From a virus (Duplodnaviria; Caudoviricetes): a stretch of DNA of 52,197 bases. The notes beneath the pieces were generated by a model. It saw only the letters and a list, made by a program, of their open reading frames with translations. It did no database searches and had not been told where the DNA came from. Position numbers and translations under genes: made by a program. This document shows, in pieces, positions 36,891-46,400 of this stretch. The stretch covers positions 1 through 52,197 of the IMG/VR virus record IMGVR_UViG_3300027779_000040; one strand, given 5' to 3'. The first letter of the stretch is position 1. Every line of letters starts with the position of its first letter.

Positions 36891-37044
36891 TGGTCATACT
36901 TATTCCTAAAATTCGCTATCTTACTGCATACACTCGGTACCGAGGTAGGGTTACAAAGAGTAATACATGGAGAAAGTTCCCAAAAGTGGGAACAAATCCC
37001 AAAGACGCATCGGTGTCTTGTCAATACATGCTATGGAGTAGATA

Positions 37045-37443
37045 ATGCCTAGATTCGGCAAAAGAAGTAGAGATAGACTGAAGGGAGTAGATATGAGACT
37101 GTATAATGTTCTCTCTACTGTTGTAAAATATTTCGATATAACTGTTATAGAGGGTGTACGCTCTCAAGAAAGACAGAATAAGTTAGTTGCTGATGGTAAG
37201 TCAAAGACTAAATTTGGTAAACATGTGCAGGGTTTGGCTGTGGATATTGCTCCATACCCTATAGACTGGGAATCTAGGGATGATTTTCACTATTTAGGTG
37301 GATTCGTACTAGGTATAGCCGCTTCACAGGGTGTTGATGTAAGATGGGGAGGAGACTGGAATGGTTCAAGCCTTAAAGAGAGTGCTAGAACAACTAAGGA
37401 CAATAATTTTGATGATTTGGTACATTTTGAGATTAATGAGTGA
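37045..37443 (+). CDS. Endolysin, M15-family L-Ala-D-Glu peptidase
   Basis: F...S..RL.GVD..L...DITVIEGVRS.ERQ..L...GKS...KH..G.AVDIAPYP...RWGGDW...D..HFE. Confidence 0.92.
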   Translation: MPRFGKRSRDRLKGVDMRLYNVLSTVVKYFDITVIEGVRSQERQNKLVADGKSKTKFGKHVQGLAVDIAPYPIDWESRDDFHYLGGFVLGIAASQGVDVRWGGDWNGSSLKESARTTKDNNFDDLVHFEINE

Positions 37444-37487
37444 GCTATTTGGATTGAGATGCCGTATATTCTTTAAAAGACACTTCT

Positions 37488-37991
37488 ATGTTTAATTTGA
37501 TGCAAATACTGGGTAACACCAAAAAGGATAACTCTAAATGGAATTCTACTGGTGCTGATTTTGCTGGTGAATTAGGGGTAAAGGTTAGAGAGAGTCCGAA
37601 TTGGCTATCTAGAGGTAGACCATTTACTCTTGGTAATAATATTTTTATGCCAAAAAATTATGAGAATCCGAATGATGATAGGGATTCTAATGTTGACTGG
37701 GTTGTGAATGAAGAATTGCCCCATGTTACACAGTTTAGAAATGAAGGTGTACCCGGATTTTTTGCTAAACATGCTAAAGACTTATTTAAGCATGGTGCAG
37801 GAGAACAGAGCTACTATGAGAAAGGTAACCATGAATCGTTTCATTTTGCAGACCCAGATGAAAGAAATGACCTTATGTCTCAGTTAGAACCTGCTCAACA
37901 TGATAATTTATTTGATTATGCTAAGAATATGTTTAGTAAAAAACCTATTGATAAACTGGCTAATACAGGGAAGATTGACGATATAGGCTAA
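37488..37991 (+). CDS. DUF4157-like protein with degenerate zincin motif
   Basis: FTLGNNIF...EELPHVTQFR..G...F...Y.....E resembles (A/F)TLG..I...HE..HV.Q but the first His is Glu. Confidence 0.55.
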   Translation: MFNLMQILGNTKKDNSKWNSTGADFAGELGVKVRESPNWLSRGRPFTLGNNIFMPKNYENPNDDRDSNVDWVVNEELPHVTQFRNEGVPGFFAKHAKDLFKHGAGEQSYYEKGNHESFHFADPDERNDLMSQLEPAQHDNLFDYAKNMFSKKPIDKLANTGKIDDIG

Positions 37992-37994
37992 ATT

Positions 37995-38759
37995 GTGTAT
38001 CAGATACCGATAAACCATAAGACTGGTAAAATATTTTATAGTATTTATACTAAGGGCGAGGCTGATAAGCAGGGTATAGACTATAAGCATTGGAAAGAAG
38101 TTAATCAGGGAGAATATGCCTTAAGTGACGATGAAGTCGTTGCCCTAGTCATTAAGAAGACATCGTATCCACATGAGAAGACGAGTGGGAAAAGTATCTA
38201 TCTAAGGTTCCCTTGGGGGTATTTTATGTATCAACCCCACTACACAACAACAAAATTACTAGCTGAAGGCAGAAAGACACCACATACAATGTCAGGGAAG
38301 TCCCAGTTAGAAGTGAGGTCTGGGCAGAACAAGATGAAGAATCTTGCAATGGCTTATGCTCAGACAATGGACTTTAATTTATCAATAGACATGGCGTTGG
38401 GTTCAACAACCCCCAGAGAGCATAGAAAGTGGAAACGCCATATGAAAAGTGAGGTTTTTAAAGGAATGGTACGGACTGAATTAGAAGCACTTTTGTCAGA
38501 CACAGGTAAGGGAAAGGACTATACATTAGACTTACTTGAGAAGGCAATACAGATGGCTATAGAAAAAAAAGATGTTACCAATTTAATGAGGGCAACTGAA
38601 AAATTAATGGACCTTCATGGCATGAACGAGAAGACTAAGACGGTCACTACTCATCAAATAGAGGCAGTACAGACAAAAAAGTTATTAGATGAAATTAATG
38701 TTGAACAAAATAGAATCTCAGCAAAAGAGGTAGTGGAGAAGGAAGGCGATGGATTATGA
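37995..38759 (+). CDS. Putative terminase small subunit-like protein
   Basis: Immediately upstream of and overlapping TerL; helical C-terminal half (LEKAIQMA.EKKD...L.RATE.L..LHGM). Confidence 0.5.
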   Translation: MYQIPINHKTGKIFYSIYTKGEADKQGIDYKHWKEVNQGEYALSDDEVVALVIKKTSYPHEKTSGKSIYLRFPWGYFMYQPHYTTTKLLAEGRKTPHTMSGKSQLEVRSGQNKMKNLAMAYAQTMDFNLSIDMALGSTTPREHRKWKRHMKSEVFKGMVRTELEALLSDTGKGKDYTLDLLEKAIQMAIEKKDVTNLMRATEKLMDLHGMNEKTKTVTTHQIEAVQTKKLLDEINVEQNRISAKEVVEKEGDGL

Positions 38760-40245
38760 AGCCAACTATGAGGCGTCTCAAGCTCTAAAGAAACTCAAGA
38801 CTAATCTTGGATTATTTGGGAAAATTTGCTTCCCTACAGCTATAAAGGCTGAAGTACCACCATTTCACACTGAGGTTTATAGGGAATTACGCAATGATAA
38901 GCAAAAGAGAGTTCTTATTGCATCACCAAGGGGGACAGCTAAGAGTACTGTCGCTTCCTTAGTACTCCCATTATATCGTGTTGCATTCAAACCATCAGAC
39001 AAAGACTTGTTTATTGTTATCATATCCGAGTCACAAACGCAAAGCATTAATTTTCTTTCGAGGATTAAATACCATCTCCAACATTCGGATAATTTCAGAA
39101 GACTCTTCGGAGACATGGGTCCTAATACAGCCAAGAGATGGACTGGGAATGATATCGTTCTTGGGAATGGTAGCAGAATCATAGCCGTTGGGACAGGTCA
39201 AAGAGTTCGTGGTTTTCTGGAGGGCGATACTCGTCCTAATCTTATTATTGTTGATGATTTCGAGTCTGAACTAAATGCCTTTACAGCAGAGGCTCGTGCT
39301 AAAAATAGAAAATGGGTGACTGAAGCTGTTATTCCTTCATTATCAGATGATGGTAGAATAGTAATGATAGGGACAGTAATATCTGAAGATTGTTTTTTAT
39401 ATTGGGCGAAAGAGTCGCCTTCTTGGAAAGTCCTTTGGTACGCGATAATGGACGAAAATGGAGATAGTATTTGGAAAGAAAGATTTCCAATGACGAGAAT
39501 TCACGCTATAAAGAAAGAATTTGAAAGTGTAGGAAACGCTAACGGGTTCTATCAGGAGTACATGAATGAAGCTCAATCGCCAGACAATGCGCCTTTTAAG
39601 CCAGAATATATTAGATTACACCATTACGAATATGAGAGGATTAATGGGCAGAATTGTCTCGTCAGGACGAAGGGTGCAGATAAAGAGATTCTCCCCGTTG
39701 AGCTTTACTGTGGAATTGACCCTGCTTCTTCTCTCTCAGCTCGTGCTGACTTCTTTGTCATTGCTACTATCGGTGTTGACTGCGATGGCAATAAGTATAT
39801 TGTGGACCTATACCGAGCTAAAATCAGTCCTGCACTACAGCCAGATAAAGTTATTGAGATTTATAAAAAGTTTAGACCCAAGAGAATGAAGGTTGAAACA
39901 GTTGCTTATCAAGAAGCGCTCAGGGCGGCTGTAAGAAAGCAGATGATTGAAGAAGATTTATATATCCCCGGTCTTGAGAAGGGTGTCAAACCAAGAAGTA
40001 GAAAGAGTGAAAGGCTCATATCGCTTGTTCCTATGTTAGCAAAGGGACAGTTTTTCTTTAGACCACAGGATTTAGTCGCCCAGCAAGAATTTTTATCCTA
40101 CCCAAAGGGTAAGAACGATGATATAATGGACGCTGTCTACATGGCACTTGATGGGCATTATGTTTGTAAAATAAAACCCAAAGACTTTGACCCTGAAAGA
40201 ATTCAATTAAAAGTACAAAAACCCCTTGACTGGTTAACCCTTTAG
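38749..40245 (+). CDS. terL: Terminase large subunit
   Basis: Walker A PRGTAKST, Walker B LIIVDDFE, IGT, FYQEYMN, nuclease GIDPA and DDIMDA. Confidence 0.95.
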   Translation: MDYEANYEASQALKKLKTNLGLFGKICFPTAIKAEVPPFHTEVYRELRNDKQKRVLIASPRGTAKSTVASLVLPLYRVAFKPSDKDLFIVIISESQTQSINFLSRIKYHLQHSDNFRRLFGDMGPNTAKRWTGNDIVLGNGSRIIAVGTGQRVRGFLEGDTRPNLIIVDDFESELNAFTAEARAKNRKWVTEAVIPSLSDDGRIVMIGTVISEDCFLYWAKESPSWKVLWYAIMDENGDSIWKERFPMTRIHAIKKEFESVGNANGFYQEYMNEAQSPDNAPFKPEYIRLHHYEYERINGQNCLVRTKGADKEILPVELYCGIDPASSLSARADFFVIATIGVDCDGNKYIVDLYRAKISPALQPDKVIEIYKKFRPKRMKVETVAYQEALRAAVRKQMIEEDLYIPGLEKGVKPRSRKSERLISLVPMLAKGQFFFRPQDLVAQQEFLSYPKGKNDDIMDAVYMALDGHYVCKIKPKDFDPERIQLKVQKPLDWLTL

Positions 40246-40262
40246 GAAGTAAGTTCACTTCG

Positions 40263-42617
40263 ATGGAGTACACCCAACAGTCCGACGAGGACAAAAAACT
40301 CGTAGATGAAACTCAAGACCTATGGAGAACTTACTCCAATAAAAGGGAAACTTGGGCTACACATGCACAGGAAGACCGTGAATTCAGACTTGGAAAGCAA
40401 TGGTCATCAGAACAAAGAAAAGTCTTAGAGTCTCGTGGTCAAGCTCCTATTGTAGTAAATAGAATTCATCCAGCCGTTGAAGCGGCTAAAGCTATGTTGA
40501 CGAGCAATCGTCCTTCATTTAGAGTATCACCGAGAGAGGATAGCGACAATAAAGTCGCCCAAGCTCTAAATGGCGTTATAGATTATATCTGGCAGAATAG
40601 TGATGGCGATACAGTAATGAGAAATATCGTTGACGACTATTATGTGACAGGGATGGGGGTAGGACTAACTTATATTGACCCGGAAGCGGACGATGGAAAA
40701 GGTGAAGTTCTTATTCGGGATATTGACCCATTAGACGTTTATATTGACCCTAATAGCCGTCATAGAATGGTAGATGATGCAGAAAATATAATGATATCTC
40801 GTTTATATACTAAGGCACAGGCTTTACGGATGTATCCAAGGTATCAAGAAGCTATAAAGAATGCAGAGTCTGATATGCATTCTGATAGACCCATCACTAC
40901 TAGGGAAGATAGAGGAGAAGCTATATTCCCAGAAGACATCGAAACCAAGACACAATCCACTTTTGGGGTAGATGACGAATATATTAGGGGTTATGAAAGA
41001 TATATGAAGGTTAAGGTTCGGATGTTACGGACTCATGAGAGATGGTCGAAGAGAGAAGATATTATAGAAGACAAGCAAATTGATGCTTGGTATCAGAAAA
41101 AGGCATGGCTTATTAATGGGGAACCAACTACGAGTGAAGAGAATGCTCAGGCGGCTCATCAGAAGAATTCTCAGCAATATAATAACCAAGTTCAGCAAAT
41201 AGTTGACCAGCAGATGAAGCAGATGGAGATGATGAAAGAAGAGTTGGGTGTACAACTTCTTGAACGTGAATCTTCTATGTCTGAAGCTGTTGAAATGGGG
41301 GACATGCTTCCCGAGCGATATGACTTAGAGCTTCAAAAAGCAAAACAAGCTACTGATACTCAGGTCGAACAGGCAGAGATGCAGTTTAAGCAACAATTAG
41401 ACTCATTAAAACCTCCCACAATTCAGGAGGTTAACTATGCTGAACTGGTTCAAATGGGGTTTATAGAAGTTGTTGAGATACAGAATCAACGTATAAGGCA
41501 ATGTGTTATTATGGGTAACACCTATTTATACTCTAGAATATTGCCCACTAAAAATTATCCGATTGTTTTCTTTATGAATTTACATAATCGCACACCATAT
41601 CCAGTATCAGACGTAAGAATGGTCAAGGATATGCAGGAATATATTAATAAGACACGCTCACTAATTATTGCTCATGCTACAACGAGTACTAATACCAAGA
41701 TATTGGTTCCTACGGGCAGTGTAGACATGAGAGAATTTGAACAGAAATGGGCTCAACCGGGGGTTGCTATAGAGGTAGATATGGACCAAGGCGCTCCACA
41801 ACCAGTTCAGCCTACCCCCTTGCCCAATGAACTTTATCAGAATGAGAACTCTGCTAAACAGGACATTGACCATCAGCTAGGGTTATATGAAATGATGCAG
41901 GGAAATTCAGCGGCGGCACCCCAGACTTACAAGGCTACAGTTGCACTTGATGAATTTGGGCAACGTAAGATGAAAAGCAAGTTAATGGACATAGAAGCTG
42001 GCTTACGAAGAATGGCTCAGGTAGTTATTCCTTTTGTGCAGGAGTTGTATCACGCAGAGAAGCTTATTCGTATCATCCAGCCTAATAATGCTATGTCTGA
42101 ATACATGATAAATAAAAGAATGTATGACGATAAATCTGGTGAAATAGAGATTTTGAATGATGTGACACTGGGTAAATATGATGTTGTAGTTGTGACTGGA
42201 AGTACATTGCCATCTAATAGGTATGCTCAGTTAGAAATGTACATGGATGCTTTTAAGAATGGAATTATAGACAGACAGGAAGTCTTAAAGAAGACAGAGA
42301 TTTTCGATATAGAAGGTGTTATGCAGAGAACCGATACTATTGCACAGTTACAACAACAGTTAGAACAGTCTCAATCACAGATTAAAGAATTAAAAGGTGA
42401 CCTTCAGACCAGAGAACGTGAAGTATATCACGCTAAACAGAAGGCAGAATTAGAAAAATTTAAGGGCGACTTAGATAAAACGTCGAATAAGGCTAACGCA
42501 TCGGCGACAGTATTTGAGAAACGTCTTGGTGACGCTACCAGTCAAATAGCGGGAGAAGTCCGAAGGGCTTCCAAAGAAACAAACGATACTTCTTCGACTG
42601 GGAAGAACTCAAACTAG
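40263..42617 (+). CDS. Portal protein (P22-like)
   Basis: F..GKQW...RG.AP.VVNRI.P.V...F...PRE.SD; IDP.DVYIDP; DMQ..INK.RS; follows TerL; Q-rich coiled insert and tail. Confidence 0.9.
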   Translation: MEYTQQSDEDKKLVDETQDLWRTYSNKRETWATHAQEDREFRLGKQWSSEQRKVLESRGQAPIVVNRIHPAVEAAKAMLTSNRPSFRVSPREDSDNKVAQALNGVIDYIWQNSDGDTVMRNIVDDYYVTGMGVGLTYIDPEADDGKGEVLIRDIDPLDVYIDPNSRHRMVDDAENIMISRLYTKAQALRMYPRYQEAIKNAESDMHSDRPITTREDRGEAIFPEDIETKTQSTFGVDDEYIRGYERYMKVKVRMLRTHERWSKREDIIEDKQIDAWYQKKAWLINGEPTTSEENAQAAHQKNSQQYNNQVQQIVDQQMKQMEMMKEELGVQLLERESSMSEAVEMGDMLPERYDLELQKAKQATDTQVEQAEMQFKQQLDSLKPPTIQEVNYAELVQMGFIEVVEIQNQRIRQCVIMGNTYLYSRILPTKNYPIVFFMNLHNRTPYPVSDVRMVKDMQEYINKTRSLIIAHATTSTNTKILVPTGSVDMREFEQKWAQPGVAIEVDMDQGAPQPVQPTPLPNELYQNENSAKQDIDHQLGLYEMMQGNSAAAPQTYKATVALDEFGQRKMKSKLMDIEAGLRRMAQVVIPFVQELYHAEKLIRIIQPNNAMSEYMINKRMYDDKSGEIEILNDVTLGKYDVVVVTGSTLPSNRYAQLEMYMDAFKNGIIDRQEVLKKTEIFDIEGVMQRTDTIAQLQQQLEQSQSQIKELKGDLQTREREVYHAKQKAELEKFKGDLDKTSNKANASATVFEKRLGDATSQIAGEVRRASKETNDTSSTGKNSN

Positions 42618-42626
42618 GAGAATAAA

Positions 42627-43574
42627 ATGGCTGAACAACAGGAAACTCAAGGAATTGACTCCAGTATTGATAATGCTATTTTCGGAACAGGCAACACAGT
42701 AGAAGATAAGGCGTTTGCACAACCAGAGGCTCCCCAAGAGGGACAACCCACTGTGGCAACGACTGTCGAGGCGGTGGCAGAAAAGATAGGACCGATTGAC
42801 CAAATTGATAATGAACAAGTTCGTTATAATTATTGGCAATCGCAGGCGGATAAGTCTAGTAATGAGTTAGTTGAGACAAAGGCTAAGAATGATGAGTTAC
42901 AGCAACAGCTGATAAGTGCTCTTCAGACTAACCAAGGACAACCAGTTGCTCAAGAAGAGACCCAATCTGCTGAACCCGAATTTCCACCACCCCCTGAAAA
43001 ACCTGTAAAACCAAGGGAGTTCAGTAGAGAAGATGCATTCCAAGACCCCACTTCAGATAGTGCACGGTATATGGATAATGTAGATGATTGGCGAGACAAT
43101 ATGGATGACTATAATAGGTTATATGTCGAATATCAGTCAGCTGTAGTCCAAGCAGAACGTGAGGATATGCAGAAGATAGATAGCGATAAGCTGGCAGAAC
43201 GCAAGCGAACTGATGATGTAAAGAGGCAGATAGGCGAGGTGGGAAACTACCTTTCAGAGAAGCATCAGGTAACATCTGAGCAAGTGAATGATTTTGTTAG
43301 TAAAATGTCAGACCCAAACAATCTTACTATTGACAACCTTTGGAGACTATACCAGTTGGAATATGGGCAAACAGGCACTCCAAACGCAGTAAATCAGGCA
43401 CCCGGAAGACCACAAGGTGGACCGAGTCCTGAATTTCAGCAAGCAAAGAGAGCCCAGAGTGTTCCAAGTCCAATGGGTGTTATGCCGTCGAGCAATGAGG
43501 CTACTAATCAAAGTAGCGCTGACAGCATAATGGATGACATGATTGGGGACCTTAATAAGAGGAATCCTTTCTAA
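42627..43574 (+). CDS. Capsid scaffolding protein
   Basis: Between portal and MCP; acidic, Pro-rich, coiled coil; YWQSQADK. Confidence 0.75.
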   Translation: MAEQQETQGIDSSIDNAIFGTGNTVEDKAFAQPEAPQEGQPTVATTVEAVAEKIGPIDQIDNEQVRYNYWQSQADKSSNELVETKAKNDELQQQLISALQTNQGQPVAQEETQSAEPEFPPPPEKPVKPREFSREDAFQDPTSDSARYMDNVDDWRDNMDDYNRLYVEYQSAVVQAEREDMQKIDSDKLAERKRTDDVKRQIGEVGNYLSEKHQVTSEQVNDFVSKMSDPNNLTIDNLWRLYQLEYGQTGTPNAVNQAPGRPQGGPSPEFQQAKRAQSVPSPMGVMPSSNEATNQSSADSIMDDMIGDLNKRNPF

Positions 43575-43597
43575 ACGTAAACTAATGAGGATTCAAA

Positions 43598-44962
43598 ATG
43601 GCAACACAATATAGTATCACCCCCGGTGTAGAACCGCAGGGTGTATCTGTAAATGATAACCGCCGATTATTTGATTTCGGTGAGCGAGTTGCAGAACTCG
43701 CACCACAACAGTCTCCTTTTTTTACTTACCTGTCAAAAGTCGCAAAGCAATCTACTGATGACCCTGTATTTAAGTTTCTTGAACAGCGTCATCAATGGCA
43801 ACGGCGAAATGTTATTGTTAAGACCGCAATTAGTGGGACTAACATGGCAAAAGCAGTCGGAGCCGCTTTAGGTGCGCCTTTAGTTTTGCAAGCTCAGTAT
43901 GACAAGTATGGTAGAATAGGAAACACCTACAATGATGCCGCAGATTTCGTTTTGCCGGGGCAAGTTCTTGCTCTTAAGCAAACAAATGGCGACATTGTTC
44001 ATGTTAAAATCGCAAACGATGCAACGATTACGCATGTTGCGGCTATTCAAACTGGTGCAAGTGCGGCAGTAGGTACAACAACTATTCCAGCGGCAGACTG
44101 TACTATACAAGGGACCGCAACTGCGGCTTCTAGTATTTTACCAGCCGACGCTAAGGGACAAGTAGTTGGTAGTGCATGGGCTGAAGGTTCAGCAGACCCT
44201 GAAGGTTTTAGAGATGAACTCTATGACCGTGAAGGGTATTGTCAGATTTTCAAAACTGCAATTCCAATGTTCTCTGGTACTTCTTTAGCAACACGCTATC
44301 GTGGTAAAGCTGACGAGTATAAACGGGTATGGCAGGAAAAGTTAATGGAACACAAGATGGATTTAGAACACGCTTTCCTTTTTGGAAAGGGTACTTCTGA
44401 TGAATCCGCTACTGGTGCACCATTACGCTATTCTTGGGGTATCCTTCCTTATACGGAAGCTTACGGGAAAGTGTATAACATGGCTTATGCTTCATCTGGA
44501 TATGATGCATTCATGGACGCAATGGAAGATTTCTTTGCTCCTGAAAGCGGAAATAGTGGTTCCAAGCTTGTGCTTGCTTCTCGTAAGGTTATTTCTTACT
44601 TGAATAAGCTAGGCGCTGGTTCCTTCCTGAATAACAGCGTAGGTTCTTCTCAGTATAGACTTGATGTAAACTCGGTACCCGGAAATTTCGGTCACCAAGT
44701 TACACGAGTTAATACCGTATTTGGTGATTTGCACTTTGTTGCAGACCCACTACTTCGTGGTATTTGGGAAGATTACTCAGTTTGTATTGACATGAGTAAT
44801 GTTAAATACAGACCATTAGTTGGAAATGGTGTATCTCGTGATACTCATATCATAACTAATGTTCAAGCTAATGATATTGATGGACGGAAAGATATCGTCA
44901 TGACCGAAGCTGGTCTAGAGATTGACCTTCCTGAAACTCACGCAATCATTAAATGGTCTTAA
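43598..44962 (+). CDS. Major capsid protein (DUF5309/SU10-like HK97 fold)
   Basis: P..SPFF.YL...DP.FKFLE.R; YCQIFKT...SGT..AT.Y.G..DE...KL.EHK.DLEHAFLFG; TEAGLEI..PETHA. Confidence 0.9.
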   Translation: MATQYSITPGVEPQGVSVNDNRRLFDFGERVAELAPQQSPFFTYLSKVAKQSTDDPVFKFLEQRHQWQRRNVIVKTAISGTNMAKAVGAALGAPLVLQAQYDKYGRIGNTYNDAADFVLPGQVLALKQTNGDIVHVKIANDATITHVAAIQTGASAAVGTTTIPAADCTIQGTATAASSILPADAKGQVVGSAWAEGSADPEGFRDELYDREGYCQIFKTAIPMFSGTSLATRYRGKADEYKRVWQEKLMEHKMDLEHAFLFGKGTSDESATGAPLRYSWGILPYTEAYGKVYNMAYASSGYDAFMDAMEDFFAPESGNSGSKLVLASRKVISYLNKLGAGSFLNNSVGSSQYRLDVNSVPGNFGHQVTRVNTVFGDLHFVADPLLRGIWEDYSVCIDMSNVKYRPLVGNGVSRDTHIITNVQANDIDGRKDIVMTEAGLEIDLPETHAIIKWS

Positions 44963-44973
44963 GGGGGTAGGAT

Positions 44974-45417
44974 ATGGCAATAACATATGCGGCTTCTGGT
45001 GAATGGACTAAGATGAGTGAAACGGTGACGGTTGTCGATGCAGACGGCAGTCATGAAAGCTCGGCTTTTCCAACATCTGGTGTAGAAACAGCTCAGGCTG
45101 AAGAAGAAACGGGATTAGTTGCCAAGTGGCAATATACTGCCGCTGATTCACCAATCACCATAGGTGGCGTTGGTGCCGACCCTAATGGACGTACTTTACC
45201 AAGCCAATCGTGGACAGATTTAGAACTGCCTGCGGCGGCATCTGGCTCGCTTGAAAAGGTGTATATTCCTGCTAACGCTAATTACATTCGTTGTCACTAT
45301 ACAGTGACAGCTTCTACGTATGGCGGTGACTTAGGTCATGTAGTGGATGTTTACACTAACGCAAGAAAATCAGATATTGGTTTTAGTATCTCTGGCTTAG
45401 GGGCTGACCCTTCGTAA
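44974..45417 (+). CDS. Probable capsid decoration/auxiliary protein
   Basis: Between MCP and a strong terminator; beta-rich. Confidence 0.55.
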   Translation: MAITYAASGEWTKMSETVTVVDADGSHESSAFPTSGVETAQAEEETGLVAKWQYTAADSPITIGGVGADPNGRTLPSQSWTDLELPAAASGSLEKVYIPANANYIRCHYTVTASTYGGDLGHVVDVYTNARKSDIGFSISGLGADPS

Positions 45418-45430
45418 GAACATAATGATG

Positions 45431-45470
45431 TTAATGGAGCTTGACTTTGGTTGGGCTCCATTAATTTAAC
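45431..45470 (+). terminator. Intrinsic terminator after capsid genes
   Basis: ttaatggagcttgac/gttgggctccattaa 15-bp stem followed by a T-rich tract. Confidence 0.75.
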
Positions 45471-45486
45471 TTTAAAAGGATAGATT

Positions 45487-45795
45487 ATGCCGTTAATTAC
45501 AAAACACATGTCAGGGACATTTGGGATAAAGGTCGCAAAGGTAACTGCTAGTGGAAATATAAAAACTTCTGTAGGAGTTGTCCATGGTTTGGTTGTAGTG
45601 AAGGGAGATGTCTCTCTACATGAAGGAACCGTTGGTGCAGATAATTCAGGAAGTGATATTATCCAGTTACAAGCTGGTGCAAGTGCTGGAGATGGTACTT
45701 CAGCTTATACCCTTCCAAAACCTTATAGTTTTGGTCAATATGGTTGCTATGCTAATGTAACTGGTGCAACAGTTGCTTATGTTTATTATGAGTAA
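45487..45795 (+). CDS. Small beta-sandwich virion protein
   Basis: ...P.P..F...G.YA.VTG....VYYE C-terminus; AAGGA RBS. Confidence 0.6.
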   Translation: MPLITKHMSGTFGIKVAKVTASGNIKTSVGVVHGLVVVKGDVSLHEGTVGADNSGSDIIQLQAGASAGDGTSAYTLPKPYSFGQYGCYANVTGATVAYVYYE

Positions 45796-45799
45796 GGGG

Positions 45800-45889
45800 A
45801 TGGTTTACTCAAGTTCACCCGGAAAACCATTTGAGGGTGTAGAGGTAGATACTCGTAAGAAAAGAAACTTGAAGAAAAAGAAGAAATAG
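45800..45889 (+). CDS. 29-aa Lys-rich peptide (not in ORF track)
   Basis: MVYSSSPGKPFEGVEVDTRKKRNLKKKKK; fills the gap exactly. Confidence 0.45.
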   Translation: MVYSSSPGKPFEGVEVDTRKKRNLKKKKK

Positions 45890-45892
45890 GTA

Positions 45893-46399
45893 ATGGCTTC
45901 CTTCTCTGCACAGATAGGATATCTTGCTGGTAGTACTTCGGGTAAAACTACTGAAGTAGCTCAATATCTTAAAGAAGGTCTTGAAGATGTTATAGCTAAG
46001 GTATCTAAGCTAAAGCCTAATGAGATGCCACTTTTTGCTAAAGAAATTGGTATAAATAATGATGGTCACGCCCTTGGAGACAATGGTATTATACTGGATG
46101 TACAGGTAAATGGTACTATGGCTAATCATATAAAAGCCAAACATAGATATGACGTATTGGATACTGCAAGTATGTATTTTGCTAATTCTTTTTCACCTGT
46201 ATTTTGGGTATTAAATGGGAGACTATATATAGCTCCTTATGCAGAGCAAGCGAGTGCCGCCCCATCAGATTCTGAAGTAGATGGCATATCGTATTCACTT
46301 GCTGGTGGAGGTGCTAAAGATAAGAGCGCTACTACATCAAAGACTGTTACTTCAGCAGGGAAAACAACGAGTAAGAAAGCCGACGGACCAGTGAGCTAA
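45893..46399 (+). CDS. Head-tail adaptor-like protein, N-terminal part
   Basis: MASFSAQI..L.G...EVAQYL.EG..DV...SPVFWV.NG.LYIAP. Confidence 0.55.
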   Translation: MASFSAQIGYLAGSTSGKTTEVAQYLKEGLEDVIAKVSKLKPNEMPLFAKEIGINNDGHALGDNGIILDVQVNGTMANHIKAKHRYDVLDTASMYFANSFSPVFWVLNGRLYIAPYAEQASAAPSDSEVDGISYSLAGGGAKDKSATTSKTVTSAGKTTSKKADGPVS

Positions 46400-46400
46400 T

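Noticed and set aside
22957-37044. CRISPR array, tRNA or tmRNA genes in intergenic gaps
   Set aside because: No regularly spaced identical repeats, and no cloverleaf with T-loop GTTCRA or tmRNA-like ends seen by eye; tRNAscan-SE/ARAGORN would be decisive
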